The notes under the pieces were generated by a model, which saw nothing but the letters and a program-made list of their open reading frames with translations, had not been told where the DNA came from and did no database searches. 64,000 nucleotides of DNA from positions 4,775-68,774 of the forward strand of contig CAYGBV010000002.1 of assembly GCA_964348295.1 (NCBI GenBank), read 5' to 3'. This DNA is from an uncultured Gemmatimonadaceae bacterium. Lineage in GTDB: Bacteria > Gemmatimonadota > Gemmatimonadetes > Gemmatimonadales > GWC2-71-9. This document shows, piece after piece, positions 29,829 to 40,300 of the stretch (position 1 is its first letter; each line of letters begins with the position of its first letter). Both the position numbers and the translations under genes were made by a program.

Positions 29829-30701
29829 GTGAGAGACCTCCAGGAGTACACGAACCTTCGATCGAGGAGGGGGCCCCGGGTCCTCGCCGCTCTCGTCTGC
29901 CTGGCCATTCCCGCGCTCGTCGAGGCACAGGAGGTCCGTCGCCTGTTCCCGGAGCGGGAACTCCTGCCAAACCTGGTGGCTGCGCCGCGTGATCCGGTCA
30001 CCAAGGCCGCCCTACTCTACGTTGCAGACAATCCCAATGCCTTCGGCGACGGCGTCGAGGCCGAGCTGTCGCTGGGGGTCACCCTGCCCGTCTATCTCCT
30101 CACGGGTGACTCCGTCGAGGACGGGCTCGTGATCGGCGTCGAGGGCGGGGCATTCGCGCGGTTCGGGCTGCAGGTCACCGAGCGGGAACTGATCAATACC
30201 GACTGGATCTTCGCCGCGCCGCTCGTATGGCACCGGGGAGACCACTGGCTGCGGCTGCGCTACTACCACACCAGCAGCCACCTAGGCGACGAGTACAGCC
30301 GGCGCTTCGAGGTGGAGGGAGACAACTTCTCCCGCGACGCGTTCGACATATTGGGCTACCTGCGCGTAGTCCCGGCGCTCGGCACCTACGCCGGCGCCGG
30401 CTACGCCTACAACGTGCATCCGGAAGATTCCAAACCCTGGACCATCCGCCTTGGGGCCGAGGTCGGGCCCGCGCGCGACGGGGCGACGTTCCTGCCGTAC
30501 GCTGGCCTCGACGTCCAGCTGGAGGAGGACAACGACTGGGACCCGCGCATCAACGCGCAGGCGGGGGTGTGGCTGCCGGAGGTCGCGGGGCGGCGCGCCA
30601 TCCGGCTGGGGCTCGAGCTGCTGACCGGCCCATCGCCGCTGGGGCAGTTCCAGGGCCAGCACACCACACACATCGCCCTGAGCGCCTTCGGCAACCTGTA
30701 G
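29829..30701 (+). CDS. DUF1207-like outer-membrane protein
   Basis: 290 aa with a signal-like N-terminus. The block LRYYHTSSHLGDEY matches my memory of DUF1207. GTG start. Confidence 0.5.
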   Translation: MRDLQEYTNLRSRRGPRVLAALVCLAIPALVEAQEVRRLFPERELLPNLVAAPRDPVTKAALLYVADNPNAFGDGVEAELSLGVTLPVYLLTGDSVEDGLVIGVEGGAFARFGLQVTERELINTDWIFAAPLVWHRGDHWLRLRYYHTSSHLGDEYSRRFEVEGDNFSRDAFDILGYLRVVPALGTYAGAGYAYNVHPEDSKPWTIRLGAEVGPARDGATFLPYAGLDVQLEEDNDWDPRINAQAGVWLPEVAGRRAIRLGLELLTGPSPLGQFQGQHTTHIALSAFGNL

Positions 30702-30714
30702 GGCATCACAAGAA

Positions 30715-30746
30715 CATGGGCCCCTCCCCAAGGGAAGGGGCCCATG
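30715..30746 (+). terminator. Rho-independent terminator after the DUF1207-like gene
   Basis: Stem CATGGGCCCCT / AGGGGCCCATG, extendable with one mismatch, followed by CCTGTTCCTTGTTC. Confidence 0.65.
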
Positions 30747-30791
30747 CCTGTTCCTTGTTCGATTCAGCTAATGCAGCCCTACGCCGCCACT

Positions 30792-31895
30792 CTACGGCAG
30801 GATCGTGAGCGTGTCGAGGGTTTCCTGCAGGACACCCTGCACCCACATCGGCGAGTGGATGCCAACGCTCCGGTCCTCACTGAGCATCTGCCAGTTGAGG
30901 AACGCCGCCGCGAGATCGTTGCGGATTACCAGAGGCGTGGTACTCGATGCGATGACGTGCCCCGTCGCGTCAATGATTCCCCTCGCAAACAGATCGGCCT
31001 CAATGAGATCGAGCAAGTTTTGCACGTTCGTCTGACGGCTGGTCGCATCGAAGTCGTCGTCGAATGCCCCGTCGTGACAGGCAGCGTCATCGCACGACTC
31101 GGTGTAGTCCCGCACGGAGCCGTGGTACTCGTACTCCATGCTCCACGTGTGGCCGCCCGCCTGGTTGCCACGGGGGTTCGCCATGTGGCAGGTGACGCAG
31201 CCATTGGGGTTGCCGGTGGCGTTGCCGTGCGTGTTGGGCCCCGCAACGGACACGAACTCAAAGGCACCAGACGCGCTCACCGTGTTGGACTGCGGACCGT
31301 GGTGGAAGCCGTAGCGGCTGGACGTGATGGAAATCGTCGTGCCCGGATTCGCCAGGTCCGGCGCTGGGCTGGCCGTCCGCGACTGGTGGCAACTCGCGCA
31401 TAGGTTGCCCTCACCCAGGTCGAACGTCGCGCCACCGACCAACAGCGGCACGGGGGCGTTGTAGATCCGCGCGTAGTCGGCCTGCGTGTACGACGTGTGG
31501 ATCGCGTGGCAGGTGCGGCAGTTCACCGGCGACGGGTTAGTGATGGGCGCAGCGGTCGCCCCCCCTGGGTCTGCGGCCGCCATCACCTCCATGTGGCCCT
31601 CGTGCGTGTGGCAACCCGCACAGGACGTGCTGTAGCCACGCTCGAAGGTCGCGGGCTCGCCCTCGCGGCCATTGCGGTGCACGGACGCATTGTACTGCAC
31701 CTGGATGGCGAACAGCTGCGTGTCGTCGTTGTGACAGTCAGTACACGTCTCGGCGGCGTTCACACCGTCGGCGCCGTCTTGGCCGTCCTGACCGTCCGCT
31801 CCCGGCAGACCCTGCGGACCCTGCGGCCCCTCGCAGCCCATCGCGAAGAACGCGAGGAACGCGGCGCCTGCAAGCAATGACAGTTTCTTCCTCAT
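30792..31895 (-). CDS. Multihaem c-type cytochrome lipoprotein with N-terminal collagen-like Gly-X-Y repeats
   Basis: ATG 31895 with GGAGGAG upstream. MRKKLSLLAGAAFLAFFAMGC is a lipobox. It is followed by GPQGPQGLPGADGQDGQDGADG (7 G-X-Y triplets). Five CxxCH motifs (CTDCH, CAGCH, CRTCH, CASCH, CVTCH) plus one CxxxxCH (CDDAACH). Confidence 0.8.
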   Translation of the reverse strand: MRKKLSLLAGAAFLAFFAMGCEGPQGPQGLPGADGQDGQDGADGVNAAETCTDCHNDDTQLFAIQVQYNASVHRNGREGEPATFERGYSTSCAGCHTHEGHMEVMAAADPGGATAAPITNPSPVNCRTCHAIHTSYTQADYARIYNAPVPLLVGGATFDLGEGNLCASCHQSRTASPAPDLANPGTTISITSSRYGFHHGPQSNTVSASGAFEFVSVAGPNTHGNATGNPNGCVTCHMANPRGNQAGGHTWSMEYEYHGSVRDYTESCDDAACHDGAFDDDFDATSRQTNVQNLLDLIEADLFARGIIDATGHVIASSTTPLVIRNDLAAAFLNWQMLSEDRSVGIHSPMWVQGVLQETLDTLTILP

Positions 31896-32271
31896 CGGGC
31901 TCTCCTCCCCCTTTCTCGTCCCCCTATAGAGCAAGCATCGATGCATGGAATCTCGTCCCGGTCGCCGCACACAACGCGGAGAGGCGGGGTCTGAATATCC
32001 AACGATCAACTTATTTGACCGAAGTAAACTTTCCCTAAAGATGGAGTGAAGGGATCGTATCCCGGTGTGCCGCGAGGTCATGGCGACTAGCCTAGTTGAC
32101 CGCTCGGGATTACATGGCCGCGCTCACTGAATACTGAGCTTTCTCAGAGGAATGGTCGGATTGCCGCTGCCGGACTCCGCTGCGGCAAATGCGGGCGCGG
32201 CGGACCGCGCCGGCTCGTCCGGGAACCGGAGTGGAGGGATCGGAAAGGCCGCTGCGGCTCTGCCGGGGCCC

Positions 32272-33851
32272 TCAGCCGGGCAGTTGGCGCGGCCCCCGGC
32301 CCAGCGCAATCGCCTCCAGCCGCCCCGCCAGCGCCTCGAGCTGCCGCCGCCGCTGCATCTCGGTGTTGGCGCGGATGGAGCGGGACACGAAGAAGGCGCC
32401 CCCCACGGAGAAGCTAAGCCCGATGAGCGTGGCCAGGCCGGCCGCCTCCTGCGGCGCCCCGATGGCGAGCCACGCGGCGCTTCCCAGCAGGCCGCCCACC
32501 ACGAACCCGGCGAAGCCCCCGATGATCCTGCCGCCGATGTGGCCAGCATCTCCTCCAGGTGGATGCTCGTGTTACCCCCCTGCGGGGTCACCGCGACGCG
32601 CACGTTGCGACCGACGCCGCCGGGGGTGCTCGAGCTCCACACCAGCGACCGCCCGACCCGCGCGACGTTGCCGATGGTGCCGAGCGTGCGGCGCATCTCC
32701 TGCACCATGGTCTCGTACAGCTCCTCGGTGACCTCGCCGTCCACCGTGCGGTCGACGCGCACCGTGATGGGAGCGGGCCACGCCTGGGGGGGTCGGGCGG
32801 TTGGCGCGGTGGGCTCAGCCAGCCGGGGGTCCAGCTCTGCCATCGCCTCGCGCACGCGGCCTGGCGGGATGCCCACTTGCGCACCGATCTGCTCGACCCC
32901 GCCTACGGAGAAGGTCACCCCCTCCTCGGTGGGATACTTGGCCTGCAGCTCCGCCGCCCGCTGAATGACCCGCCTCAGATCGGCGTCGCTGTATCTGGGA
33001 CCGGCGCCGGCACTACCGGTTACCGCGACGAACGCCTCGACGAACTCGACCGGCGTCGTGAAGCGGTCGTCCCGCCGCATCGCCAGCGCGCGGGCCAGCA
33101 CCTGCTCCAGCCGGCCCGGCAGGCCGTCGAGCTGCTCCCGGTGGTGCGACTCAGCATCCACAAACCGTCCCAGGCGCACCGCCTCTTCGGTGAGCCACAG
33201 CCCCGGTGGCTCGCCCACCAACGCTTCGTAGACCACGCACGCGAGCCCGTAGACGTCGGTGCGCTCGTCGAGGTCACGTACCCCGGCGGCCTGCTCGGGG
33301 CTCATGTACCCCGGCGTTCCCAGCGCGAACCCCGTGCGGGTGAGGTTCGGACCACCCGCGCTGCTCAGCGCCTTGGCGACGCCGAAGTCCACCACGAAAG
33401 CGTGACCCTGGGAGAGCAGGATGTTCTCGGGCTTGATGTCGCGGTGCAGCACGCCCTCCCGGTGGGCGTAGCCCAGCGCATCGGCCACCTGAAGGGCGAT
33501 GTCGGCTGCCTCGAGCGGCGTGAGATACCGCTCGCGTTTGAGCAAGCCCCGCAACGACTCCCCGTCCACATACGGCATGACGTAGAACAGAAACCCACGG
33601 GCGTCGCCCGAGTCATGCAGCGATACGATGTGGGGATGGGTGAGCCGGGCGGCGATCTCGATCTCGTTGAGGAAGCGATCCTTGCCGAGCGAGGCGGCGA
33701 GCTCGCGCCGCAACACCTTGACCGCCACGTGACGATCGTGCTTGCGGTCGCGGGCCAGGTACACAGCGGCCATCCCACCCCGCCCGATCGTGCTCAACAG
33801 CTCGTAGCGTTCCGCGAGCGCCGCCTCGAGCCCCTCGGGGATGCCGTTCAT
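32272..33851 (-). CDS. Ser/Thr protein kinase with C-terminal two-TM anchor; reading frame broken near 32536-32546
   Basis: Kinase motifs GRGGMAAVYLARD, VAVK, HRDIKPENIL, DFGVAK and SPEQ. After ...NTSIHLEEML the kinase frame turns into W/R/G/P-rich nonsense that runs to 32124. The -1 frame instead reads HIGGRIIGGFAGFVVGGLLGSAAWLAIGAPQEAAGLATLIGLSFSVGGAFFVSRSIRANTEMQRRRQLEALAGRLE... and stops at 32272. Start taken at ATG 33851 (MNGIPEGLEAALAERYELL). Confidence 0.7.
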
Positions 33852-33940
33852 GGCCCCAAAGCTATGCAGCCAGCCTTCAATCCACGAGCACGCCTGGGTA
33901 GGTTGCCGGAGGAACGGAAGCACCCTTCGGTGAGGACGGG

Positions 33941-35218
33941 ATGAGGACGCTCTGGATCGCCCTCGCGATCATCACGCCGTTGGTCGGCTTGCTGCCGCCG
34001 CGGGCGGCACGGGCCCAGGCCGTACGTGCGGTCCTGTTCTACTCTCCGACCTGCCCGCACTGCGAGCAGGTGATCAACCAGGACCTGCCGACCTTCTTCC
34101 GGGTGTACGGCGGTGAGCCGCAGGTGCTCGTGAACGATGAGCTCCCGCGGCCCGAGCAGTTCCTCTTCCTCGTCACCAATGGCCAGCTGGAGATCCTGAT
34201 GGTGGACGCGTCGCGCCCCGTGGGTGGGGCGCTCTACCAGGCCTCGTTCGAGAGCCACCCCACGACGGGGCGGCGGTCGGGCGTACCCCGGCTCATTGTG
34301 GCCGACGAGGTGCTCGTCGGGGCGATCGAGATCCCCAGCCGGTTGCACGGGATCATCAGAGCGCACCTGGCATCCGGCGGCACGGGCTGGCCGGCCGTCG
34401 CCGGGCTCGCTGAGGCGGTGGCCAGCATTCCTCTGCCGGCGACGGCGGCGGCGGAGCCAGCAGAACCGGAGCCGGAGCCTCCTGCAATCGCGACACAACC
34501 GGCTCAGCCGCCCCCCGAGGAGCCGGCGCGGGCCGAGCCAGCAGCCGACACGGCTCGAGCGCCCGCTTTGACGACACCCGCCGAACCCACGGCTGACTCG
34601 CCCGCGGCCGCCGTTCCCTTCGAGCAGATCGTGGAGCGCCGCTTTTCGTTCCGGGAACGCTTCCTCCAGGACCCGGTCGGCAACGGGCTGGCGATCCTCG
34701 TGTTGCTGGGAATGATCGGGAGCGTGCTTGCGGTGCCGCTGCTCGCCGCCGCTCGCAAGACACCGGGGGAATCGGGCTTCGCGGTTCCAATCCTGGCAGC
34801 GCTCGGCATCGTCGTGGCGGGATATCTCAGCTACATCGAAGCCAGCGGTGCGACTGCCATCTGCGGTCCGGTCGGCGATTGCAACGCGGTGCAGCAGAGC
34901 GAGTACGCGGTGTTGTTCGGGATCGTGCCGGTGGGGCTCCTGGGACTACTTGGGTACATCGTCATCATCACCGCGTGGCTACTCGCCGGGGTGGCACGCG
35001 GCCGCACGGCCGAGCGGGCCGCGGTGGCGCTCGTGGGCACCGCCTTTCTCGGCACCGTGTTCTCGATCTACCTCACGTTCCTGGAGCCATTCGTGATCGG
35101 AGCCACCTGCGCCTGGTGCCTCACCTCGGCCGTACTGATTACGCTGCTGCTGTGGCTCTCGGCAGAGCCGGGCATCGAGGCGTGGTCGCGCCTGCGCCAC
35201 CCGGCCTCCCCCGGCTGA
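33941..35218 (+). CDS. Thioredoxin-like domain fused to vitamin-K-epoxide-reductase (VKOR) family membrane domain
   Basis: Signal peptide, then a Trx-like SPTCPHCEQV. A Pro/Ala/Glu linker and one extra TM follow. The VKOR core carries loop cysteines CGPVGDC and the active site CAWC in the last TM. Confidence 0.8.
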   Translation: MRTLWIALAIITPLVGLLPPRAARAQAVRAVLFYSPTCPHCEQVINQDLPTFFRVYGGEPQVLVNDELPRPEQFLFLVTNGQLEILMVDASRPVGGALYQASFESHPTTGRRSGVPRLIVADEVLVGAIEIPSRLHGIIRAHLASGGTGWPAVAGLAEAVASIPLPATAAAEPAEPEPEPPAIATQPAQPPPEEPARAEPAADTARAPALTTPAEPTADSPAAAVPFEQIVERRFSFRERFLQDPVGNGLAILVLLGMIGSVLAVPLLAAARKTPGESGFAVPILAALGIVVAGYLSYIEASGATAICGPVGDCNAVQQSEYAVLFGIVPVGLLGLLGYIVIITAWLLAGVARGRTAERAAVALVGTAFLGTVFSIYLTFLEPFVIGATCAWCLTSAVLITLLLWLSAEPGIEAWSRLRHPASPG

Positions 35219-35301
35219 CGTAGCAATCCGAGACACGGGCCGGCGGCCGTGGCTGAATCTCCCCTCGCGCGCCGCCCGTAGTAGATGGGAGGGAGAACCC
35301 C

Positions 35302-35685
35302 ATGCCCACTCGCCGGCAAGGACGCGACCCGCGCTACACCCGCACGTTCGGCACTCCGCCCCACACGGGGCGACGCTACGTCGAGAACGGCAAGGTCCGC
35401 ATTCAATGGACTGAGCAGGGAAAGCGCCGCTCGCGCACCGTCGGACCCAACACCGCCGAGACGAGACGCCGCGCCGACGCGGAACTCGAGGAGATTCTGG
35501 GACTCATGCCGAGTGACACGAAACAGGCGGAAGGCTCCACGCCATCGATCGAGGAAGCGCTGCGCCAGCTCGCCCTAGCCATCCTGGAGGCGGCCGATCG
35601 GCTGATCGAGCGGCTGCTGGAGGCGATGCGCGGCGACGGGGCGGAGCCGGGAGACGAGGCAGCGGAAGGCGACACCGAGGAGTGA
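35302..35685 (+). CDS. Hypothetical protein (basic N-terminus, acidic helical C-terminus)
   Basis: GGGAGGGAG lies 6 nt before the ATG. 127 aa. Confidence 0.45.
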   Translation: MPTRRQGRDPRYTRTFGTPPHTGRRYVENGKVRIQWTEQGKRRSRTVGPNTAETRRRADAELEEILGLMPSDTKQAEGSTPSIEEALRQLALAILEAADRLIERLLEAMRGDGAEPGDEAAEGDTEE

Positions 35686-35697
35686 CGTCGTGAGAAT

Positions 35698-35725
35698 GCC
35701 CCGCAGGGATCGCTCCCCGCGGGGC
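35698..35725. terminator. Bidirectional terminator hairpin between convergent genes
   Basis: GCCCCGCAGGGA / TCCCCGCGGGGC, a 12-bp stem with one mismatch and a 4-nt loop. It lies between the 35685 (+) stop and the icd stop at 35755 (-). Confidence 0.55.
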
Positions 35726-35754
35726 ACTCGTGAGCGGCACGCTCCTAGCCGGTA

Positions 35755-37098
35755 CTACATCCGCCCCACGATCGCCTCACCGAAGCCGGAGCACGACACC
35801 TCGTTCACGTCCTTGCGGCCTTCCGCGTTCATGAGGCGGGCCAAGTCGTAGGTCACGTGCGCGTCCTTGATCGCCTGCCGCATTCCCTTGAGCACGAGGT
35901 CGGCCGCCTCCGCCCATCCCATGTGCTGCAGCATCATCACCGCCGAGAGGATGATCGAGCCGGGGTTCACCTTGTCCATCCCCGTGTACTTGGGCGCCGT
36001 GCCGTGCGTCGCCTCGAACAGCGCCACCTCCTCCCCGATGTTGGCGCCGGGGCCGGGGCCGAGGCCGGCCACCAGGGCGATGGCCGCGTCCGACAGGTAG
36101 TCACCGTTCAGGTTCGGTAGCGCGAACACGCTGTACTCACCGGGTCGCGTCTGAATCTGCTGGAAGATCGAGTCGGCGATCCGGTCGTTCACCAGCTTCT
36201 TGCCCTGCGGCATCTTCCCGTCCAGCTCCTCCCACAGGACCTTTTCGCTCACGAACGTGTCGCCGAACTCCTCAGTGGCCACCTCGTAGCCCCACTTGGC
36301 GAACGACCCCTCGGTGAACTTCATGATGTTCCCCTTGTGAACCAGGGTCACCGAGGGCAGGTCGTTGGCGATCGCCCACTGGCACGCCTTGCGCACCAGA
36401 CGCTTGGTGCCGGTTACTGAGATCGGCTTCACGCCGATCCCGCTGTCCTCGCGTATCTGGCGGCCGGTTTGCTGCTTCACCAGATCGATCAGAGCCTTGG
36501 CAGTGTCGCTGCCGCGCTCGAAGTCGTGACCGGCGTAGACATCCTCCGTGTTCTCGCGGAAGATCACGAAGTTCACTCGGTCGGCGTACTTGTTGGGCGC
36601 CGGCACGCCCTCGAAGTACATGATGGGCCTCACGCAGGCGTAGAGGTCCATGGCCTGGCGCAGTCCCACGTTGATGGAGCGGAAGCGCGGTGCCACGCCA
36701 TCGTCCTTGCCGCACTTGTCGCAGGTACCATCGTGGTACTGCTGGTGCGCGCAGTACAGACAGACGTGCGTTTCCTCGCCGATGGGGGTGGTGAACGGGC
36801 CCTTGATAGCCACCTTGAGGTACTGGATCGCCGCGATCGACTCCTGGGGCAGCACCTCGCCGTACTTCTGCAGGCCATCGAGCCCCACGTAGATGGGGCA
36901 CCACACGATCTCCTTCTTCCCACCGTAGGCCTGCTTCACGGCGGCCTCGACCACGTGCTTCATGGCTGGCGTGATGTCCAGCCCGATTCCATCTCCACGC
37001 AGCGACCCTACGATCGGGCGATCGCCCACCACGGGCTTTCCGCTCTCGACGGTGACGAGATCACCCTCGGGAATCTTCACGTGCTTGAAGTCTGGCAT
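35755..37098 (-). CDS. icd: NADP-dependent isocitrate dehydrogenase (homodimeric type) with a four-Cys insertion
   Basis: Collinear with my memory of E. coli Icd: GDGIG, AIKGP.TTP, RS.NV.LRQ, FRENTED.YAG, VHKGNIMKFTEG, NLNGDY.SDA, ATHGTAPKY. An extra CLYCAHQQYHDGTCDKCG segment is present. Confidence 0.9.
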   Translation of the reverse strand: MPDFKHVKIPEGDLVTVESGKPVVGDRPIVGSLRGDGIGLDITPAMKHVVEAAVKQAYGGKKEIVWCPIYVGLDGLQKYGEVLPQESIAAIQYLKVAIKGPFTTPIGEETHVCLYCAHQQYHDGTCDKCGKDDGVAPRFRSINVGLRQAMDLYACVRPIMYFEGVPAPNKYADRVNFVIFRENTEDVYAGHDFERGSDTAKALIDLVKQQTGRQIREDSGIGVKPISVTGTKRLVRKACQWAIANDLPSVTLVHKGNIMKFTEGSFAKWGYEVATEEFGDTFVSEKVLWEELDGKMPQGKKLVNDRIADSIFQQIQTRPGEYSVFALPNLNGDYLSDAAIALVAGLGPGPGANIGEEVALFEATHGTAPKYTGMDKVNPGSIILSAVMMLQHMGWAEAADLVLKGMRQAIKDAHVTYDLARLMNAEGRKDVNEVSCSGFGEAIVGRM

Positions 37099-37354
37099 TT
37101 GGAGGTCTCCTCACCTTCCCGACACTTCACTTCCCGGTTGCGGCGCTCCGGAGGGAACTCGGGGAGCGCCGTCTGCTTCAGGAGAACAATACCCACGGGG
37201 CCCGTGCTCCGGCCACGCGGCCGCTACGGGCCCCGCGAGGTGCGTCGGGCACAGCGGAGCGGCGCGGTGCGCTCGGAGCCGACCGGAATGCAACCACAAG
37301 GGCGACACCCGGCGGCGTCGCCCCCAACGACCTCGCCCGGCGCCGTGCTACGGC

Positions 37355-40300
37355 CTAGTCGGTCGCGCGCGGCTCACCCACGAGGCGGGCCATTCGCTCC
37401 TGGACCTGGCGGACCTGCGGCTGGAGCTCCGGATCGGCATCCCGCCACAGCTCGACGAAGCGGCCGTAATGCAATAGCGCGCGATCGCTGTCGCCCGCTC
37501 GCTCGTACAGCTCACCCAGGCGCCGGAACACGAGCCATACGTTGACGTTGTCCTGACCCGCACGGAACAGGACCGGGGTCGCGAGGTATTGCTCGTAGAA
37601 CGCCGCCGCCGAGTCCACCATACCTGCGGCATCGTGCGCAAGGGCCAGCTCTACCAATCCGCACAGTACGCACTTCGGCAGCACCTCTCGCACCACCAGG
37701 TACTCCGCTACGGCTTCCTCGGGGCGCCCCTCCGCGAGGGCGATGGCCCCCCGCGCGCCATGCCAGTCTGCGCGCTCACCCGCCTGCTGCCGGGTCTGTT
37801 CGTCGACCAGCGACTCGTACTGCGAGACCAGCCGCCGGGCCTGCGCCACTCGGCCGGCCTCGGCATACAGCGTGGCGAAGTCCAGGTACGGCCGCTGCTC
37901 GGGCTGCAGCGTGTCGAATGCCGTGCTCCGCATCCCCCGGTCGAGGGCAGCCGCCGCACCGTCCGCATCGCCGTAGTAGCGCAGGCTCACCACGGCGTCG
38001 ACTTCGGCACTGAACACCTCCCAGGGCCGACCGATGGCATCGAGCCCGGCATCCGCTTGTCGCTCGTAGGCCTCGGCGATGAGGCGCCGGCCCTGCCCGA
38101 CCTTGCCCCGAGCCACCGCATATCCCGCGAGCTCCATGCCGGTCGCCACGTCGGACACCGGATCGCCCCGCTGCGCCACCCGCAGGGCCGTCATGGATTC
38201 CTCAGCGGCGTCGTAGTCGAACTGCGAGCTGGCCAGCGCGGCACGGTAGCGCAGCACCTCGGGGTGAGCCGGATACTCCGCCTCGAACCGTTCCAGGATC
38301 GCTGCTGCGGTGTCCGCGTGGTCGAGGTTGTAGAGCACCTCGATAGCGTTCGTAAACGTGACCGCCGGGGCGCCACCCAGCTCGATGGAGCGGAGGTATA
38401 GCTCGGCGGCCTCCTCCTCCCGCCCCAGGGAGCCCAGGTTCACGGCGAGGTTGTTCAGCGCTATCTGATCGGTCGGGTACCTCTCGAGCAGGCTGCGGTA
38501 GGCCTCGATCGAAGCCTGCTGGTCATCCTGTACGTACGTGTAGTACGCCGCCTCTGCCAGGTAGCGCTCGCGCTCCGTGAGCCGTTCGCGCAGCTCGTAC
38601 GCCCTGGTGAACGCTTCCCGCGCCCGGTCGCGATCGAGCTCCCGGTTGCTCAGAATGACGGCCAGCTTGCGGTGGGCCATGGCAAACGTGCTGTCCTGCA
38701 CCAGCGCGTCCTCCAGGAGACCGATGGCCCGCTGGTAATCGCCCTGATTGTTGGCCCGGTCGGCCTGGGCGTACTTGCGCAAGGCCTCCGTAGACCGGGT
38801 CGTCACACGGTCGAGCGGGGCGTCGGTGCGGATGGTGCGGAGCGACTCACCCACCCGCGCCCGCAGGCTCGCAGAGAGATCGTCCACGGCCTGGATGATC
38901 TCGCCGGCGTCGGACGCGGATTCCCGTGCGGCCCAGAGTACCTCACCAGTGCTCGCGGCCGTGAGCCGGCTCGAGACCACGTAGCCGTTTCCCACCTGCA
39001 GGATGTCGCCGGCGACAACGGCCTTGAGCCCCTCGCGCTCGGCGACCTCAGCCGCCAGGTCGGTAGTGAGCGGCACATCCGGGTCCCGCTGCATCCGCTC
39101 CAGCACCTGGTCCACCTGCGCCCGGTCCAGGACCGTGACCGCCGGCGACTGGGTCAAGTCGATGCGGAACAGCTCGGTGACGGTCTGCCCCAGCGTCGAG
39201 TCGGTGGTGCGGTTCTCGAACTCGGCCAGCACGATGCGCTCCTGCCGCTCCAGCACGCCGGTTGCCACCAGCGTGCCCACCGGTCCGATTCCCAGCAACC
39301 GCATCGTCATGTACCCGCCGACTGCCGCGGCGAGTGCCGTGAACGCCACGCCGCCCCCGGCAAGCGCGTTGCGCCAGGTGAGGAAGCCCTGGATCCCGCC
39401 ATCGGCCGGCGTCCTGCTGGTGAGGCCCGCGCGCCACGCCGCGCGCTGGCGCTCCGCGCGACCCGTGAGCATGACCATGGGGAGGGCGGCCGCCAACAGC
39501 ACAACGGCGCCCGGGAACACCCAATCGGGCAGCCCCAGCTGCACCATCAGCAGGTAGACGAGCGTCAGCAGCACAACCGACGCGCCGGCGAACAGGCCCA
39601 TGACCCGGGCGGGGTGGCTGCGGCGGAACATCACCTCGGCGCTGACGGTCGGCTCCACCCCGATGCCGGTCGGCGTGACGGGGCCGCTCGGGGTGCTCAC
39701 GGCGTCGAGCTGCGCGCGCAGCTCCGCGGCGCTCTGCCACCGGTCCGCCGCCTTCTTCTCGAGACACTTCATCACGACGGCGGCTACCGGGAGAGGCACC
39801 GCCGGCCGGTAGTGTGTGACCGGCGTGGGGGTCTCGGTGACGTGGGCGGCCAGCACCATCTGGGACGTCGTGCCCTCGAAGGGCGGCCGCCCGGTGAGCA
39901 TCTCGTATGCCATCGCGCCCGCGGCGTAGATATCGGCCCGGTGGTCCACGTTCGGATCGGCCGCCGCCTGCTCGGGGGCCATGTAGGCCGGCGTCCCCAC
40001 GGCCATGCCGGCGCTCGTGAACTCGTGGCCGGCCGCGGCCGCGCTCACTGCCTTGGCCACCCCGAAGTCCGCCACGAGCGCGTGGTCCTCGGAGAGCAGT
40101 ACGTTGTCCGGCTTGATGTCGCGGTGGACAATTCCCTGCTTGTGCGCCGAGGCGAGGGCATCGACCACGTCGCGCACCAGGCGCACGGCCTCGCCGACGG
40201 GCAGCTCACCCTCGCGGGCGAGCTTCTGCCGCAGCGACTCGCCCTCGATGTAGGGCATCACGAAGTAGAGGAAACCCTCCGCGTCGCCCGAATCGTAGAC

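Noticed and set aside
32124-32271. C-terminal tail of the 599-aa kinase ORF
   Set aside because: Its W/R/G/P/S-rich translation looks out-of-frame. The alternative frame gives a credible TM anchor ending at 32272 (see the frameshift finding).
35302-35685. Possible remnant of a phage-integrase N-terminal (arm-binding) domain, which would hint at an integrated element
   Set aside because: The resemblance (GKVRIQWTEQGKRRSRTVG) is weak. There is no catalytic domain, no adjacent tRNA, no flanking direct repeats and no compositional shift.
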